Shown here piece by piece: positions 21,273-30,563 of a stretch of DNA of 64,000 nt (its first letter is position 1; every line of letters begins with the position of its first letter). The DNA lies in contig CAWBMV010000012.1 of assembly GCA_963789955.1 (NCBI GenBank), positions 256,001-320,000 on the forward strand, written 5' to 3'. The translations under genes and the position numbers were made by a program. Under the pieces are notes generated by a model, which made no database searches, was not told where the DNA came from, and saw only the letters and a program-made list of their open reading frames with translations. This stretch comes from an uncultured Candidatus Rokubacteria bacterium (GTDB taxonomy: Bacteria; Methylomirabilota; Methylomirabilia; Rokubacteriales; CSP1-6).

Positions 21273-22406
21273 GTGTTCGGACGCCCGTGGCTGGTGTGGG
21301 GCTCCGCGGTGCTGGTCGCCACCCTCAACGTCTTCCTCTTCGCCTTCGATCGTCCGTGGACCGCCTCGGACGGGCTCCGGAACTGGGGCGACTGGGTGCT
21401 CACCGGCGTCGGTCTCGTCCGCCGCCCCGACCTCTTGCCGCCCTGGCTCTATTCGGGCTCCCTGCTGAACATCGGCGTCATCGTCGGCGGCACGATCGCG
21501 GCGCTCCTGTCGCGCGAGTTCGCGATCCGCGTGCCGGCGCGCGCCGAGCTCGCCAAGGGGGGCGCCGGCGGGCTCCTGATGGGCGTCGGCGCTGTGCTCG
21601 CCTTCGGCTGCAACATCGGCGGATTCTTCTCGGCGACGAGCGCGCTCTCGCTGTCGGGCCTCGGCATGATGCTCGGGCTCGGCGCCGGCGCGTTCATCGG
21701 GATCCGCTATCTGATCTGGGAAGTCGCGCACCGGCCGCAGTGGTCGCGCGGCGGCGGGCGCATCTATCTGCAGGCGGCGGGTCCGGCGACCGCGGGGCAC
21801 ACGTGGGCCGGAGCGGTCGTCGTCGCCCTGGTCGCGGTGGTGCTCGTTCTCTACACGCGGGCGGGCTACGGGCCGCAAGGCGTGTTCTTGCTCTTCGGCG
21901 CCGCGTTCGGTGTGGTGTTCCAGCGATCCCGGTTCTGTCTGGTGCGCGCTTTCCGTGAGCCGTTCATGACGGGCGACGCCGAGCACACCCGGGCGGCGGC
22001 GCTGGCGCTCGTCGTGGCGACGCTCGGCTTCGCGATCTTGAAGTTCACCGATCTCAAGGACAAGAGCGAGTGGGTGTTCCCGGCGGCGGGGTTCGGCTCG
22101 CTGGCCGGCGGGCTGGCTTTCGGCGTCGGGATGACGCTCGCGGGCGGCTGCGGCGCGGGCTCACTGTGGCGCGCGGGCGAGGGACAGGTGAAGCTCTGGG
22201 CGACCGTCGCGTGCTTCGCCGTGGGCGCGTCGCTGGCGCGGCTGATCGCCGTCCAGACCGGGCTTTTGCAGAAGCTCGGCGCCGCGATCTTCCTGCCGGC
22301 CTGGCTCGGCTGGGGCGGGGCGATCGTGTTGATCGTCGCGATCGCGCTCGCGTGGGCTATGCTGTCGACCTGGAACGAGGAAACGCACACATTCAGCGTG
22401 GTCTAG
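21273..22406 (+). CDS. YeeE/YedE (TsuA/SoxT-like) sulfur-compound transporter
   Basis: Polytopic protein with LAFGCNIG, RSRFC and LAGGCGAG Cys motifs; start uncertain. Confidence 0.85.
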   Translation: MFGRPWLVWGSAVLVATLNVFLFAFDRPWTASDGLRNWGDWVLTGVGLVRRPDLLPPWLYSGSLLNIGVIVGGTIAALLSREFAIRVPARAELAKGGAGGLLMGVGAVLAFGCNIGGFFSATSALSLSGLGMMLGLGAGAFIGIRYLIWEVAHRPQWSRGGGRIYLQAAGPATAGHTWAGAVVVALVAVVLVLYTRAGYGPQGVFLLFGAAFGVVFQRSRFCLVRAFREPFMTGDAEHTRAAALALVVATLGFAILKFTDLKDKSEWVFPAAGFGSLAGGLAFGVGMTLAGGCGAGSLWRAGEGQVKLWATVACFAVGASLARLIAVQTGLLQKLGAAIFLPAWLGWGGAIVLIVAIALAWAMLSTWNEETHTFSVV

Positions 22407-22417
22407 CGGAGGGGCGG

Positions 22418-23674
22418 ATGAAGGAGTCGACCCGAAGAGAATTCCTTCGGACGTCATCCTGGGCAGGGCTCGGGCTGTTCGCCGCGGGTTGCGCGCCGAA
22501 AGTGTCGGACTTCGCCCAGAAGACAGGCCGTCGCGTCGTCGTGATCGGCGGCGGATGGGGCGGCATGTCGGCGGCCAAGTACGTGCGCCTGGCCGATCCG
22601 TCGATCGAGGTCGTGTTGCTCGAGCCGAACAAGGAATTCGTGTCGTGCCCGTTCTCGAACCTGGTCCTGAGCGGCGTGCGCACGATCGACAGCCTGACCT
22701 TCGACTACGACGGCCTGCGGGCCCATGGCGTTCGCGTCCTGCACGAGACGGCCACCATGATCGAGCCCGACCGCAAGCGCGTGCAGGTCGGGAGTGACTC
22801 GCTTCCCTACGACCGGCTCATCGTTTCGCCGGGCGTCGAGTTCCAGTGGGAGCAGGTCGAGGGGCTCGCCGGCGCGCAGGACCGCGTGCTCCACGCCTGG
22901 AAGGCCGGCCCGCAGACCGTGGAGCTGGCGCGCCAGCTCCAGGCGATGCCGGATGGCGGCGTGTTCGTGCTGACGATCCCGCCGGCCGCCTATCGCTGCC
23001 CGCCCGGTCCGTACGAGCGGACGTGCCAGGTCGCGTGGTATTTGAAGAACAACAAGCCGAAGTCGAAGCTGATCGTTCTCGACGCCAACCCGAACATCAT
23101 CTCGAAGACCGCGCTGTTCCGCGCCGCCTGGGCCAACTACCCGAACATCGAATACCGCGGCTCGAACAAGGTCGTGAAGGTCGACCCCGGCGCACGCGAG
23201 GTGACGACGGAGCTCGGCGACAAGGTGAAGTACGACGTGCTGAACCTGATCCCGCCGCAGCGAGCGGGGACGATCGCGGTGACGGCGGACCTGGTCGGCG
23301 CCGACAAGCGCTGGTGCGAGGTCAACCATCTGACCTACGAGTCGGTGAAGCACAAGAACGTTCACGTGATCGGCGATTCGACGATCGGGCTGCCGGTACC
23401 GAAGTCGGGCAACGTCGCCAACGCGATGGGGAAGATCTGCGCGGTCGCGGTCGCGAGCCTGCTCAACGACAAGCCGGTGCCCACGATGGCGCCGGGGAAC
23501 ACCTGCTATAGCTGGGTGAGCGACCGGGAGGCGATCGCGGTCGTCAACAGCTACAAGATCGAGGGCGGCAAGGTCGTGCAGATCGAGCAGAAGCTCACGC
23601 CGGGCCAGTCGGAAGCGTGCGCGCAGAACGCGCTGGGGTGGGCCAACAGTATCTGGCAAGACATGCTCGGCTAG
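22418..23674 (+). CDS. fccB: flavocytochrome c sulfide dehydrogenase, flavoprotein subunit (FccB/SoxF-like)
   Basis: Tat motif TRREFL plus lipobox AAGC, GGGWGG, CPFSN, YRCPPGPYER, PKSG, NTCYS. Confidence 0.9.
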   Translation: MKESTRREFLRTSSWAGLGLFAAGCAPKVSDFAQKTGRRVVVIGGGWGGMSAAKYVRLADPSIEVVLLEPNKEFVSCPFSNLVLSGVRTIDSLTFDYDGLRAHGVRVLHETATMIEPDRKRVQVGSDSLPYDRLIVSPGVEFQWEQVEGLAGAQDRVLHAWKAGPQTVELARQLQAMPDGGVFVLTIPPAAYRCPPGPYERTCQVAWYLKNNKPKSKLIVLDANPNIISKTALFRAAWANYPNIEYRGSNKVVKVDPGAREVTTELGDKVKYDVLNLIPPQRAGTIAVTADLVGADKRWCEVNHLTYESVKHKNVHVIGDSTIGLPVPKSGNVANAMGKICAVAVASLLNDKPVPTMAPGNTCYSWVSDREAIAVVNSYKIEGGKVVQIEQKLTPGQSEACAQNALGWANSIWQDMLG

Positions 23675-23675
23675 G

Positions 23676-23802
23676 GCAGGCGAATGATAAAGGCCCATCT
23701 GCTTCGTTGGCGCCCTCGGCCGCACGCTCACCGTACAGAGAGTACGGCTCGCGTGCGGCCTTCGGGCGCCGCCTCGCAGCTGGACCTTTCTCATTCGCCT
23801 GC
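23676..23802. mobile_element. 127-bp fully palindromic MITE-like element
   Basis: Terminal IR GCAGGCGAATGA/TCATTCGCCTGC (12 bp perfect, about 27 bp with 3 mismatches) enclosing nested stems GGCGCCC, GGCCGCACGC and CCGTAC. Confidence 0.65.
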
Positions 23803-23842
23803 ACGGCTGCTCATACGCCTACATGGTGCGAAAGGACATAGG

Positions 23843-24430
23843 ATGCGACTCTTTGTGAGTCTGCTTCTCATGCTGCTGATGTTGGCCGGGCCGGTGTGGG
23901 CGGGGCCGTTGGATATGGCGGGGGCGCCGCAGGCGCTGGTGTGTAGTGCTTGTCATGGCTTTGCGGGGCAGAGTCGATCGAGCACGATGCCGATCCTCGC
24001 GGGCATGGCTCCCTGGTATTTCAAGAAGGCGATCTCGGATTACGCGGCGGGCAAGCGGCCGTCGCCCGAGATGGAACCCTACGCGAAGATGGTGCTGCAG
24101 TCGGGTGTGGATGACATCGCCGCCTACTTCGCAGCTCAGGCGCGGACGCCGTCGCCGGTCAAGCTCGAGCCCGCGGCGATCGAACGCGGGCGGGCCGCCG
24201 CCGCCCAGTGCACGCTCTGCCACGGCGCCTCGGGCAAGGGTGATCCGTCCAAGGGCGTGCCCGACCTCACGGGCCAGTCGCCGGGATATCTGCGCAACCA
24301 GATGCTCCTGTTCAAGGCCGACCGGCGAAGCCCCGGTGACGATCAGCTCAAGGCCGTGAAGGTGCTGATGCGGACCATCCCCGACGAGCAGATCTCCGAC
24401 CTCGCGGCCTACTGGTCGAGCGTCCGCTAA
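23843..24430 (+). CDS. diheme c4-type cytochrome (FccA/SoxE-like partner)
   Basis: Signal peptide, CSACH and CTLCH heme motifs, P.LAG and P.L.GQ; adjacent to fccB. Confidence 0.85.
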   Translation: MRLFVSLLLMLLMLAGPVWAGPLDMAGAPQALVCSACHGFAGQSRSSTMPILAGMAPWYFKKAISDYAAGKRPSPEMEPYAKMVLQSGVDDIAAYFAAQARTPSPVKLEPAAIERGRAAAAQCTLCHGASGKGDPSKGVPDLTGQSPGYLRNQMLLFKADRRSPGDDQLKAVKVLMRTIPDEQISDLAAYWSSVR

Positions 24431-25234
24431 GTGGCGTTCGCCGATGGAGCGATTCTCGTCGCGCTCGGGCTCGCGGTCGGAGCCTTCGGAACGCTCATCG
24501 GCGCCGGCGGCGGATTCATCCTCGTTCCCATCCTGGTCCTCGGCTACCACTTTCCGCCGGCTCAGGCCGTCGGCACGTCGCTGTCGCTCGTCTTTCTCAA
24601 CGCGGCGTCGGGAAGCGTGGCCTATCTTCGTCAGCGGCGGGTCGATCTCTCGCTCGGCTGGAAGTTCGCCGCGTCGACGATCCCCGGGGCCATCATCGGG
24701 GCCTTTCTCACGCGGTCGATCTCCTCGTCGCTGTTCAACCTGCTGTTCGGCATCGTGCTGCTCGCGATCGCGGTGCTGCTCTTCTCCGGCATCACGGCGG
24801 CGCCGTCGAGCCGCGCCGGGGTCCGCCAGGTGGTCGACGCCTCCCGTGAGGCGCACACCTACCGGGTCGACGTCTGGAAGGGCGTGGTCGTCAGCCTGCT
24901 CGTCGGGTTCATGTCGAGCATCCTCGGCATCGGCGGCGGCATCATCCACGTGCCGTTCCTGATCGTCGCGCTGAGCCTGCCGATCCACATCGCCACCGCC
25001 ACCTCCCACTTCGTCCTGAGCATCTCGGCCTTCGTCGGGGCGGTGACGTTCCTGGCGCTCGGCAACGTCGATCTCCGCACCGTCGCGCTCATGGGCGCCG
25101 GTATCCTCGTCGGCGCGCAGCTCGGGGCGCGGGCGTCGCTTCGCGCCGGCGCGACCTTGATCCGGCGGATCCTGGCCGGCTCGCTCGCCGTCGTCGGGCT
25201 CCGGATGATCTTGCAGGGGCTCGGCCGTGCGTAG
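24431..25234 (+). CDS. TauE/SafE family sulfite exporter
   Basis: Duplicated G.GGG..vP motifs (GAGGGFILVP, GIGGGIIHVP), A.GTS and ATATS. Confidence 0.88.
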   Translation: MAFADGAILVALGLAVGAFGTLIGAGGGFILVPILVLGYHFPPAQAVGTSLSLVFLNAASGSVAYLRQRRVDLSLGWKFAASTIPGAIIGAFLTRSISSSLFNLLFGIVLLAIAVLLFSGITAAPSSRAGVRQVVDASREAHTYRVDVWKGVVVSLLVGFMSSILGIGGGIIHVPFLIVALSLPIHIATATSHFVLSISAFVGAVTFLALGNVDLRTVALMGAGILVGAQLGARASLRAGATLIRRILAGSLAVVGLRMILQGLGRA

Positions 25235-25245
25235 GCTCGTCTGAC

Positions 25246-26796
25246 ATGCGCTACGGCTTCGTGATCGATCAGCGCCGATGCATCGGCTGTCACGCGTGCA
25301 CGGTGGCGTGTAAAGAGGAAAATCGTGTCCCGCTCGGCGCGTTCCGCACCTGGGTGAAATACATCGAGCGCGGCAGCTTCCCGAACACGCGCCGCTACTT
25401 CTCCGTGCTCCGCTGCAATCACTGCGACTCGGCACCCTGCGTGACCATCTGTCCGACCGTCGCCCTCTACCGGCGCGACGACGGCATCGTCGATTTCGAC
25501 GGCGCTCGCTGCATCGGCTGCAAGTCGTGCATGCAGGCCTGCCCGTACGACGCGCTCTACATCGACCCGGAGACGCAGACGGCGGCGAAGTGCAACTACT
25601 GCGCGCATCGGGTCGAGGTCGGCCTCGAGCCCGCGTGCGTCATCGTGTGCCCGGAGCAAGCGATCATCGCCGGCGACCTCGACGATCCCGCCTCGCAGAT
25701 CGCCACGATCGTGGCGCGCGAGCCGGTGCAGGTGAGAAAGGCCGAGCAGGGTACGCGGCCCAAGGTGTTCTACCTCGGCGCCGACGCCGCCGCGCTCACC
25801 CCGGAGCTTCAGATCCCGTCGGAGCGCTACCTCTGGGCCCAGCGACCGGCCGAGGAGGTCGACCTGATCAGGATGGTCGCCGCCGCGCAGGAGGCGGATC
25901 ACGCGCGCGGCGGCGCGGCGCTCAGCCGGCCCGTGTACGACGTGCCGCACGCCGTCCGCCCCTGGGGCTGGAAGGTCTCCGCGTATCTGTGGACGAAATC
26001 CGTCTCGGCCGGCGCGCTGCTCGTGGCGGCTTTCGCCGGCTCCGAATCGTGGGGCAGCCTCTTCACCGGCGCCGCGCCGGCGCTGAGTCTCCTCTTCCTG
26101 GCCATCACGACGGCGCTGCTGGTCGCCGACCTCAAGCGGCCCGAGCGCTTCGCCTACATCTTGCTGAAGCCGAACTGGCGCTCGTGGCTCGTGTGGGGCG
26201 CGTGGATCTTGATGGCGTTCGGCATCACCGGCGCCGTGTGGCTCATCGGCGGCGTGACGGGACGGTCGGGCCTGCTCCACCTGGCGCTGATTCCGTCGAT
26301 CCTGCTGGCGCTCGCCACCGCGGGCTACAGCGCGTTCCTGTTCGGACAGGCCGAGGGACGAGATTTCTGGCAGAGCCCGCTCGTGCTGCCGCACCTGATC
26401 ATCGCCGCCGTGGTCGCGGGCGCCGCGACCCTGTCGGTCGCTGCGGCGATGGCGCCGCTTCAGAGCACGGAGGCGGACCCGAGCGCGACCTTGTGGCCGC
26501 TCCTGTTCCTGTCCCTGGTGGCTCACGGTTTTCTCGTCGCGCTCGAGGTGTTCAATCGGCACGCGGTCCACGACGCGACGCTCGCGGCGCGCCTGATCCG
26601 GCGCGGACCGTATCGCGCGCGCTTCTGGGGCGGCGTGGTGCTGGGCGGCGTGGTCGCGCCGATGGCGCTGATGATCGCCGGCGCGGCATCGGACTCGACC
26701 ACCGTGAGCACCCTCGGCGCGCTGCTCGCGCTGGCCGGTCTCTGGGTGTGGGAGGACTTGTGGGTGAGGGCCGGGCAGTCGGTTCCGCTGAGCTGA
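25246..26796 (+). CDS. fused 4x[4Fe-4S] (NrfC/PsrB-like) and NrfD/PsrC-like membrane anchor
   Basis: CIGCHACTVAC, CNHC...CVTICP, CIGCKSCMQACP, KCNYC...C..CP, followed by WG..V..Y, DL.RP.RF and SWL.WG TM domain. Confidence 0.9.
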   Translation: MRYGFVIDQRRCIGCHACTVACKEENRVPLGAFRTWVKYIERGSFPNTRRYFSVLRCNHCDSAPCVTICPTVALYRRDDGIVDFDGARCIGCKSCMQACPYDALYIDPETQTAAKCNYCAHRVEVGLEPACVIVCPEQAIIAGDLDDPASQIATIVAREPVQVRKAEQGTRPKVFYLGADAAALTPELQIPSERYLWAQRPAEEVDLIRMVAAAQEADHARGGAALSRPVYDVPHAVRPWGWKVSAYLWTKSVSAGALLVAAFAGSESWGSLFTGAAPALSLLFLAITTALLVADLKRPERFAYILLKPNWRSWLVWGAWILMAFGITGAVWLIGGVTGRSGLLHLALIPSILLALATAGYSAFLFGQAEGRDFWQSPLVLPHLIIAAVVAGAATLSVAAAMAPLQSTEADPSATLWPLLFLSLVAHGFLVALEVFNRHAVHDATLAARLIRRGPYRARFWGGVVLGGVVAPMALMIAGAASDSTTVSTLGALLALAGLWVWEDLWVRAGQSVPLS

Positions 26797-26824
26797 GACC
26801 GTTCGCTATGACGATAGGACGACC

Positions 26825-29653
26825 ATGACAGATCGCGCGGCCATACCGCTCCATCCCGTGGCCCGGGAGATCGCCGAATCCCAGGGCGGCCTCAAGAGCT
26901 ACCCGCCCGTCGAGCGCTGGGACAACTGGGAAGAGTACGATCCGGTCGCGTGGCCGCAGAAGGTCAAGCGCCGCTACTCGCTGATCCCGACGATCTGCTT
27001 CAACTGCGAGGCGGGCTGCGGCCTGCTCGCCTACGTCGATCGCGAGACGCTCGCGATCCAGAAGTTCGAAGGCAACCCCGCCCACCCCGGGAGCCGCGGG
27101 CGCAACTGCGCCAAAGGCCCCGCGACGCTCAACCAGGTGACCGACCCGGAGCGGATCCGCTATCCGCTGCGCCGGGTCGGCCCCCGCGGGGGCGGGCGGT
27201 GGGAGCGGGTCACGTGGGACGAAGTGCTCGACGACATCGGCGGGCGCATTCGCAAGGCCCTGGTCGAGGGCCGGCAGCGCGAAATCATGTACCACCTGGG
27301 CCGGCCGGGACACGAGCTCGTCTATCTCCAGCGCGTCTTCCACGCCTGGGGCATCGACGGCCACAACAGCCATACGAACGTCTGTTCGGCGAGCGCGCGA
27401 GCGGGCTACGCCTTCTGGCACGGCATGGACCGCCCGTCGCCCGACCACGCCAACGCGCGCTTCATCCTGCTCCTGTCCTCGCACCTGGAGACCGGCCACT
27501 ACTTCAACCCGCACGCCCAGCGAATCATGGAAGCCAAGTCGCGCGGCGCCAAGATCGCCGTGTTCGACACGCGGCTCAGTAACACCGCGTCGATGGCCGA
27601 CTGGTGGGTGGCGCCGTGGCCGGGGTCGGAGTCCGCCGTGCTCCTGGCGATGGCGCATATCCTCGTGCGCGAGAAGCTCTACGACCGCGAGTTCGTCCGC
27701 CGCTGGGTGAACTGGGACGAGTACCTGCGCGAGGAGCGCCCCGATCTGCCGGTCACGTTCGACTCGTTCGAGCGCGCGATCGACGAGCTCTACGCGCACT
27801 TCACCCCGGAGTACGCCGAAGCCGAGAGCAGCGTCCCGGCCGCGACGATCGTCGAGATCGCGCGCGAGATCGGCCGCGCCGGCTCGGCGCTGGCGACCCA
27901 CATCTGGCGCAATACCGCCGCCGGCAACCTCGGCGGCTGGCAGGTCGCGCGCGCGCTCGAGCTGATCGTGGTGCTCATGGGCGCGGTCGGCACGCCCGGC
28001 GGCACCGCGCCCAGCGCCTGGAACAAGGCGGTGCCGGCGCCGCCGATGATGCCGCCGCCGGGCAAGATCTGGAGTGAGCTCCTGATGCCGCGCGAGTACC
28101 CGCTCGCGTTCTTCGAGATGAGCTTCCTGCTCCCGCATTTCCTGCGCGAAGGCCGCGGCAAGCTCGCGATGTACTTCACGCGCGTCTACAACCCGGTGTG
28201 GACGAATCCCGATGGGATGTCGTGGATCGAGGCGCTCACCGACGAGACGAAAGTGGAGCGCCACGCGTGCCTGACGCCGATCTGGAGCGAGACGGCGTGG
28301 TTCGCGGACTACGTGTTGCCGATGGGGCACGCCTCGGAGCGCCACGACCTCATGTCGCAGGAGACGCACGCCGCGCGGTGGATCGGCTTCCGCCAGCCCG
28401 TGCTGCGCGTCGCGCTCGAGCGAGCGGGCAAGCGCTTCGATCTCACCTGGCAGGCGCACGAGGCGGCCGGCATCGGACAGGTCTGGGAGGAGGACGAGTT
28501 CTGGATCGAGCTCTCCTGGCGGATCGACCCCGACGGCTCGCTCGGCATCCGGAAGTACTTCGAGTCGCCGTATCGGCCGGGCGAGAAGCTCCGCATCGAG
28601 GAGCAGTACCGGTGGATGTTCGAGAACAGCGTGCCCGGGCTTCCGGCCGCGGCCGCGAAGGAGCAGCTGACGCCGCTCGAGTACATGCGCAAGTACGGCG
28701 CGTTCCTGATCGAGGACGGCGTGTACCGCACGCACGAGCAGGCGCCCGGCGCGAAAGACCTGGACGGCGCGACCGTCGATCCCGTCACGAGTGTCATCAA
28801 CAAGGGCGGACAGCCGGTCGGCGTCGAGATCGACGGCCGGCGGCACATCGGCTTTCCCACGCCCTCACGCAAGCTCGAGTTCTTCTCGAACACCTTGAAG
28901 TCGTGGAAGTGGCCGGACCAGGCGGTGCCGAACTACATCCGGAGCCACGTCCACTGGTCGAACCTCGATCGCGCCAAGGGCGAGATGGTGCTGCTGCCGA
29001 CGTTCAGGCTCCCGACCTTGATCCACACGCGCTCGGGCAACGCGAAGTGGCTCTACGAGATCTCCCACTCGAATCCGCTCTGGCTCCATCCCGAGGACGC
29101 CACGCGGCTCGGCGTGGCGACCGGCGATCTCCTGAAGATCGCGACGCGGATCGGCCACTTCGTCGACCGGGTGTGGGTGACCGAGTCGGTGCGTCCCGGC
29201 GTGGTGGCGTGCTCACATCACCTCGGGCGGTGGCGTCTGCACGAGGACGCGGGCGGTGAGCGGTGGTCGACGTCGCTCGTCGATCTGAGCCGGCTCGACG
29301 CCGGCAAGTGGCGGATGCGTCAGCTCCACGGTCCGCGACCGTTTCCGAGCGACGATCCGGATTCGTCGCGGGTCTGGTGGAACGAGGCCGGCGTCCACCA
29401 GAACCTGACGTTCCCGGTCCAGCCCGATCCGGTCAGCGGCCAGCACTGCTGGCATCAGAAGGTGACCGTGATGCGGCCGGGCCCCGACGACCGTTACGGC
29501 GACGTCTTCGTCGACACGGACAAGTCGTTCGAGGTCTACCGCGAGTGGCTGGCGCTGGCCCGTCCGGCGCCCGGTCCCGACAATCTGCGGCGCCCGCTGT
29601 GGCTCCCGCGGGCGTTCAAGCCCGACGCGTCCGCCTACAAGATCGGGCCCTGA
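26825..29653 (+). CDS. molybdopterin (DMSO reductase family) oxidoreductase catalytic subunit, no Tat signal
   Basis: CFNCEAGC...NCAKG FS0 cluster, R..YPL.R.G.RG.G.W...WDE, HNSHTNVC, ETA..AD..LP, C-terminal molydopterin dinucleotide-binding domain. Confidence 0.9.
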   Translation: MTDRAAIPLHPVAREIAESQGGLKSYPPVERWDNWEEYDPVAWPQKVKRRYSLIPTICFNCEAGCGLLAYVDRETLAIQKFEGNPAHPGSRGRNCAKGPATLNQVTDPERIRYPLRRVGPRGGGRWERVTWDEVLDDIGGRIRKALVEGRQREIMYHLGRPGHELVYLQRVFHAWGIDGHNSHTNVCSASARAGYAFWHGMDRPSPDHANARFILLLSSHLETGHYFNPHAQRIMEAKSRGAKIAVFDTRLSNTASMADWWVAPWPGSESAVLLAMAHILVREKLYDREFVRRWVNWDEYLREERPDLPVTFDSFERAIDELYAHFTPEYAEAESSVPAATIVEIAREIGRAGSALATHIWRNTAAGNLGGWQVARALELIVVLMGAVGTPGGTAPSAWNKAVPAPPMMPPPGKIWSELLMPREYPLAFFEMSFLLPHFLREGRGKLAMYFTRVYNPVWTNPDGMSWIEALTDETKVERHACLTPIWSETAWFADYVLPMGHASERHDLMSQETHAARWIGFRQPVLRVALERAGKRFDLTWQAHEAAGIGQVWEEDEFWIELSWRIDPDGSLGIRKYFESPYRPGEKLRIEEQYRWMFENSVPGLPAAAAKEQLTPLEYMRKYGAFLIEDGVYRTHEQAPGAKDLDGATVDPVTSVINKGGQPVGVEIDGRRHIGFPTPSRKLEFFSNTLKSWKWPDQAVPNYIRSHVHWSNLDRAKGEMVLLPTFRLPTLIHTRSGNAKWLYEISHSNPLWLHPEDATRLGVATGDLLKIATRIGHFVDRVWVTESVRPGVVACSHHLGRWRLHEDAGGERWSTSLVDLSRLDAGKWRMRQLHGPRPFPSDDPDSSRVWWNEAGVHQNLTFPVQPDPVSGQHCWHQKVTVMRPGPDDRYGDVFVDTDKSFEVYREWLALARPAPGPDNLRRPLWLPRAFKPDASAYKIGP

Positions 29654-29717
29654 GGCGCGAATCGACTGTTGGGCTGGACGCATCCTGGATAATGCGAGAT
29701 TGGCAGGAGGGCGAACG

Positions 29718-30215
29718 ATGATGGACGGTTCCCGGATACCCCGGCGCCAGGCGTTGAAGACGCTCGGGGCGCTCGGCGTCGGCGCTGCCGCGAGCGGTCT
29801 CGCGCCGGTGAAGACCGCGCACGCGCAGGCCCCGACGCTCGGCCAGAACGAGAGCGTGCAGGACGCGATGAAGCGGCTCTTTGGCGGCAAGACCATCAAG
29901 GACGGCTCCGCCATCATCAAGTTCGACATCCCGCTCATCGCCGAGAACGGCAGCGTGGTGCCGGTGGCGGTCAGTGTCGACTCGCCGATGACCGCGTCGA
30001 GCTACGTGAAGCACATCTACGTCGTGGCCGACAAGAACCGTATTCCCGTCGTCACGCGGGTGACCCTGGCGCCGGAGGCGGGCAAGGCCTCGGTGGGCGC
30101 GAACATCCGGCTCGGCGAGACCGGTGAGGTGCGCGCGATCGTGGAGCAGAGCGACGGCACCCTGCTGCAGGTCGCGCGCGAAGTGAAAGTCACCGTCGGC
30201 GGCTGCGGAGGCTGA
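29718..30215 (+). CDS. soxY: sulfur carrier SoxY
   Basis: Tat-like RRQALK, P.IAENG..VP, C-terminal VKVTVGGCGG. Confidence 0.95.
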   Translation: MMDGSRIPRRQALKTLGALGVGAAASGLAPVKTAHAQAPTLGQNESVQDAMKRLFGGKTIKDGSAIIKFDIPLIAENGSVVPVAVSVDSPMTASSYVKHIYVVADKNRIPVVTRVTLAPEAGKASVGANIRLGETGEVRAIVEQSDGTLLQVAREVKVTVGGCGG

Positions 30216-30218
30216 GCG

Positions 30219-30552
30219 ATGTCAGACATCGGGAAGGTCCGGCTCCGCATTCCCTCGACGCATCAAGCCCGGTGACGTCGTTCAGGTGCGTTCGCTCGTG
30301 ATCCATCCGATGGAGCGCATCGAGCGCGACGCGCAGGGCAAGATCCTCCAGAAGAACTACAACTACATCAACAAGGTCACGGTGACCTACCTCGGGAAGA
30401 CCGTCGCGGTCTTCGATACGACCCAGAGCGTGGCCGAGAATCCGTTCTTCTCGTTCACGTTCAAGGCGACCGATCCGGGCCAGCTCAAGGTCGAGTTCCT
30501 CGACACGACGGGCGGCCGGTACGAAGGCACCGCCGACATCAAGTTCTCGTGA
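30219..30552 (+). CDS. soxZ: SoxZ (frameshift near 30260)
   Basis: VRSLVIHPME, SVAENPFFSF.F; directly after soxY. Confidence 0.9.
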
Positions 30553-30563
30553 TCGTCGCTGTC

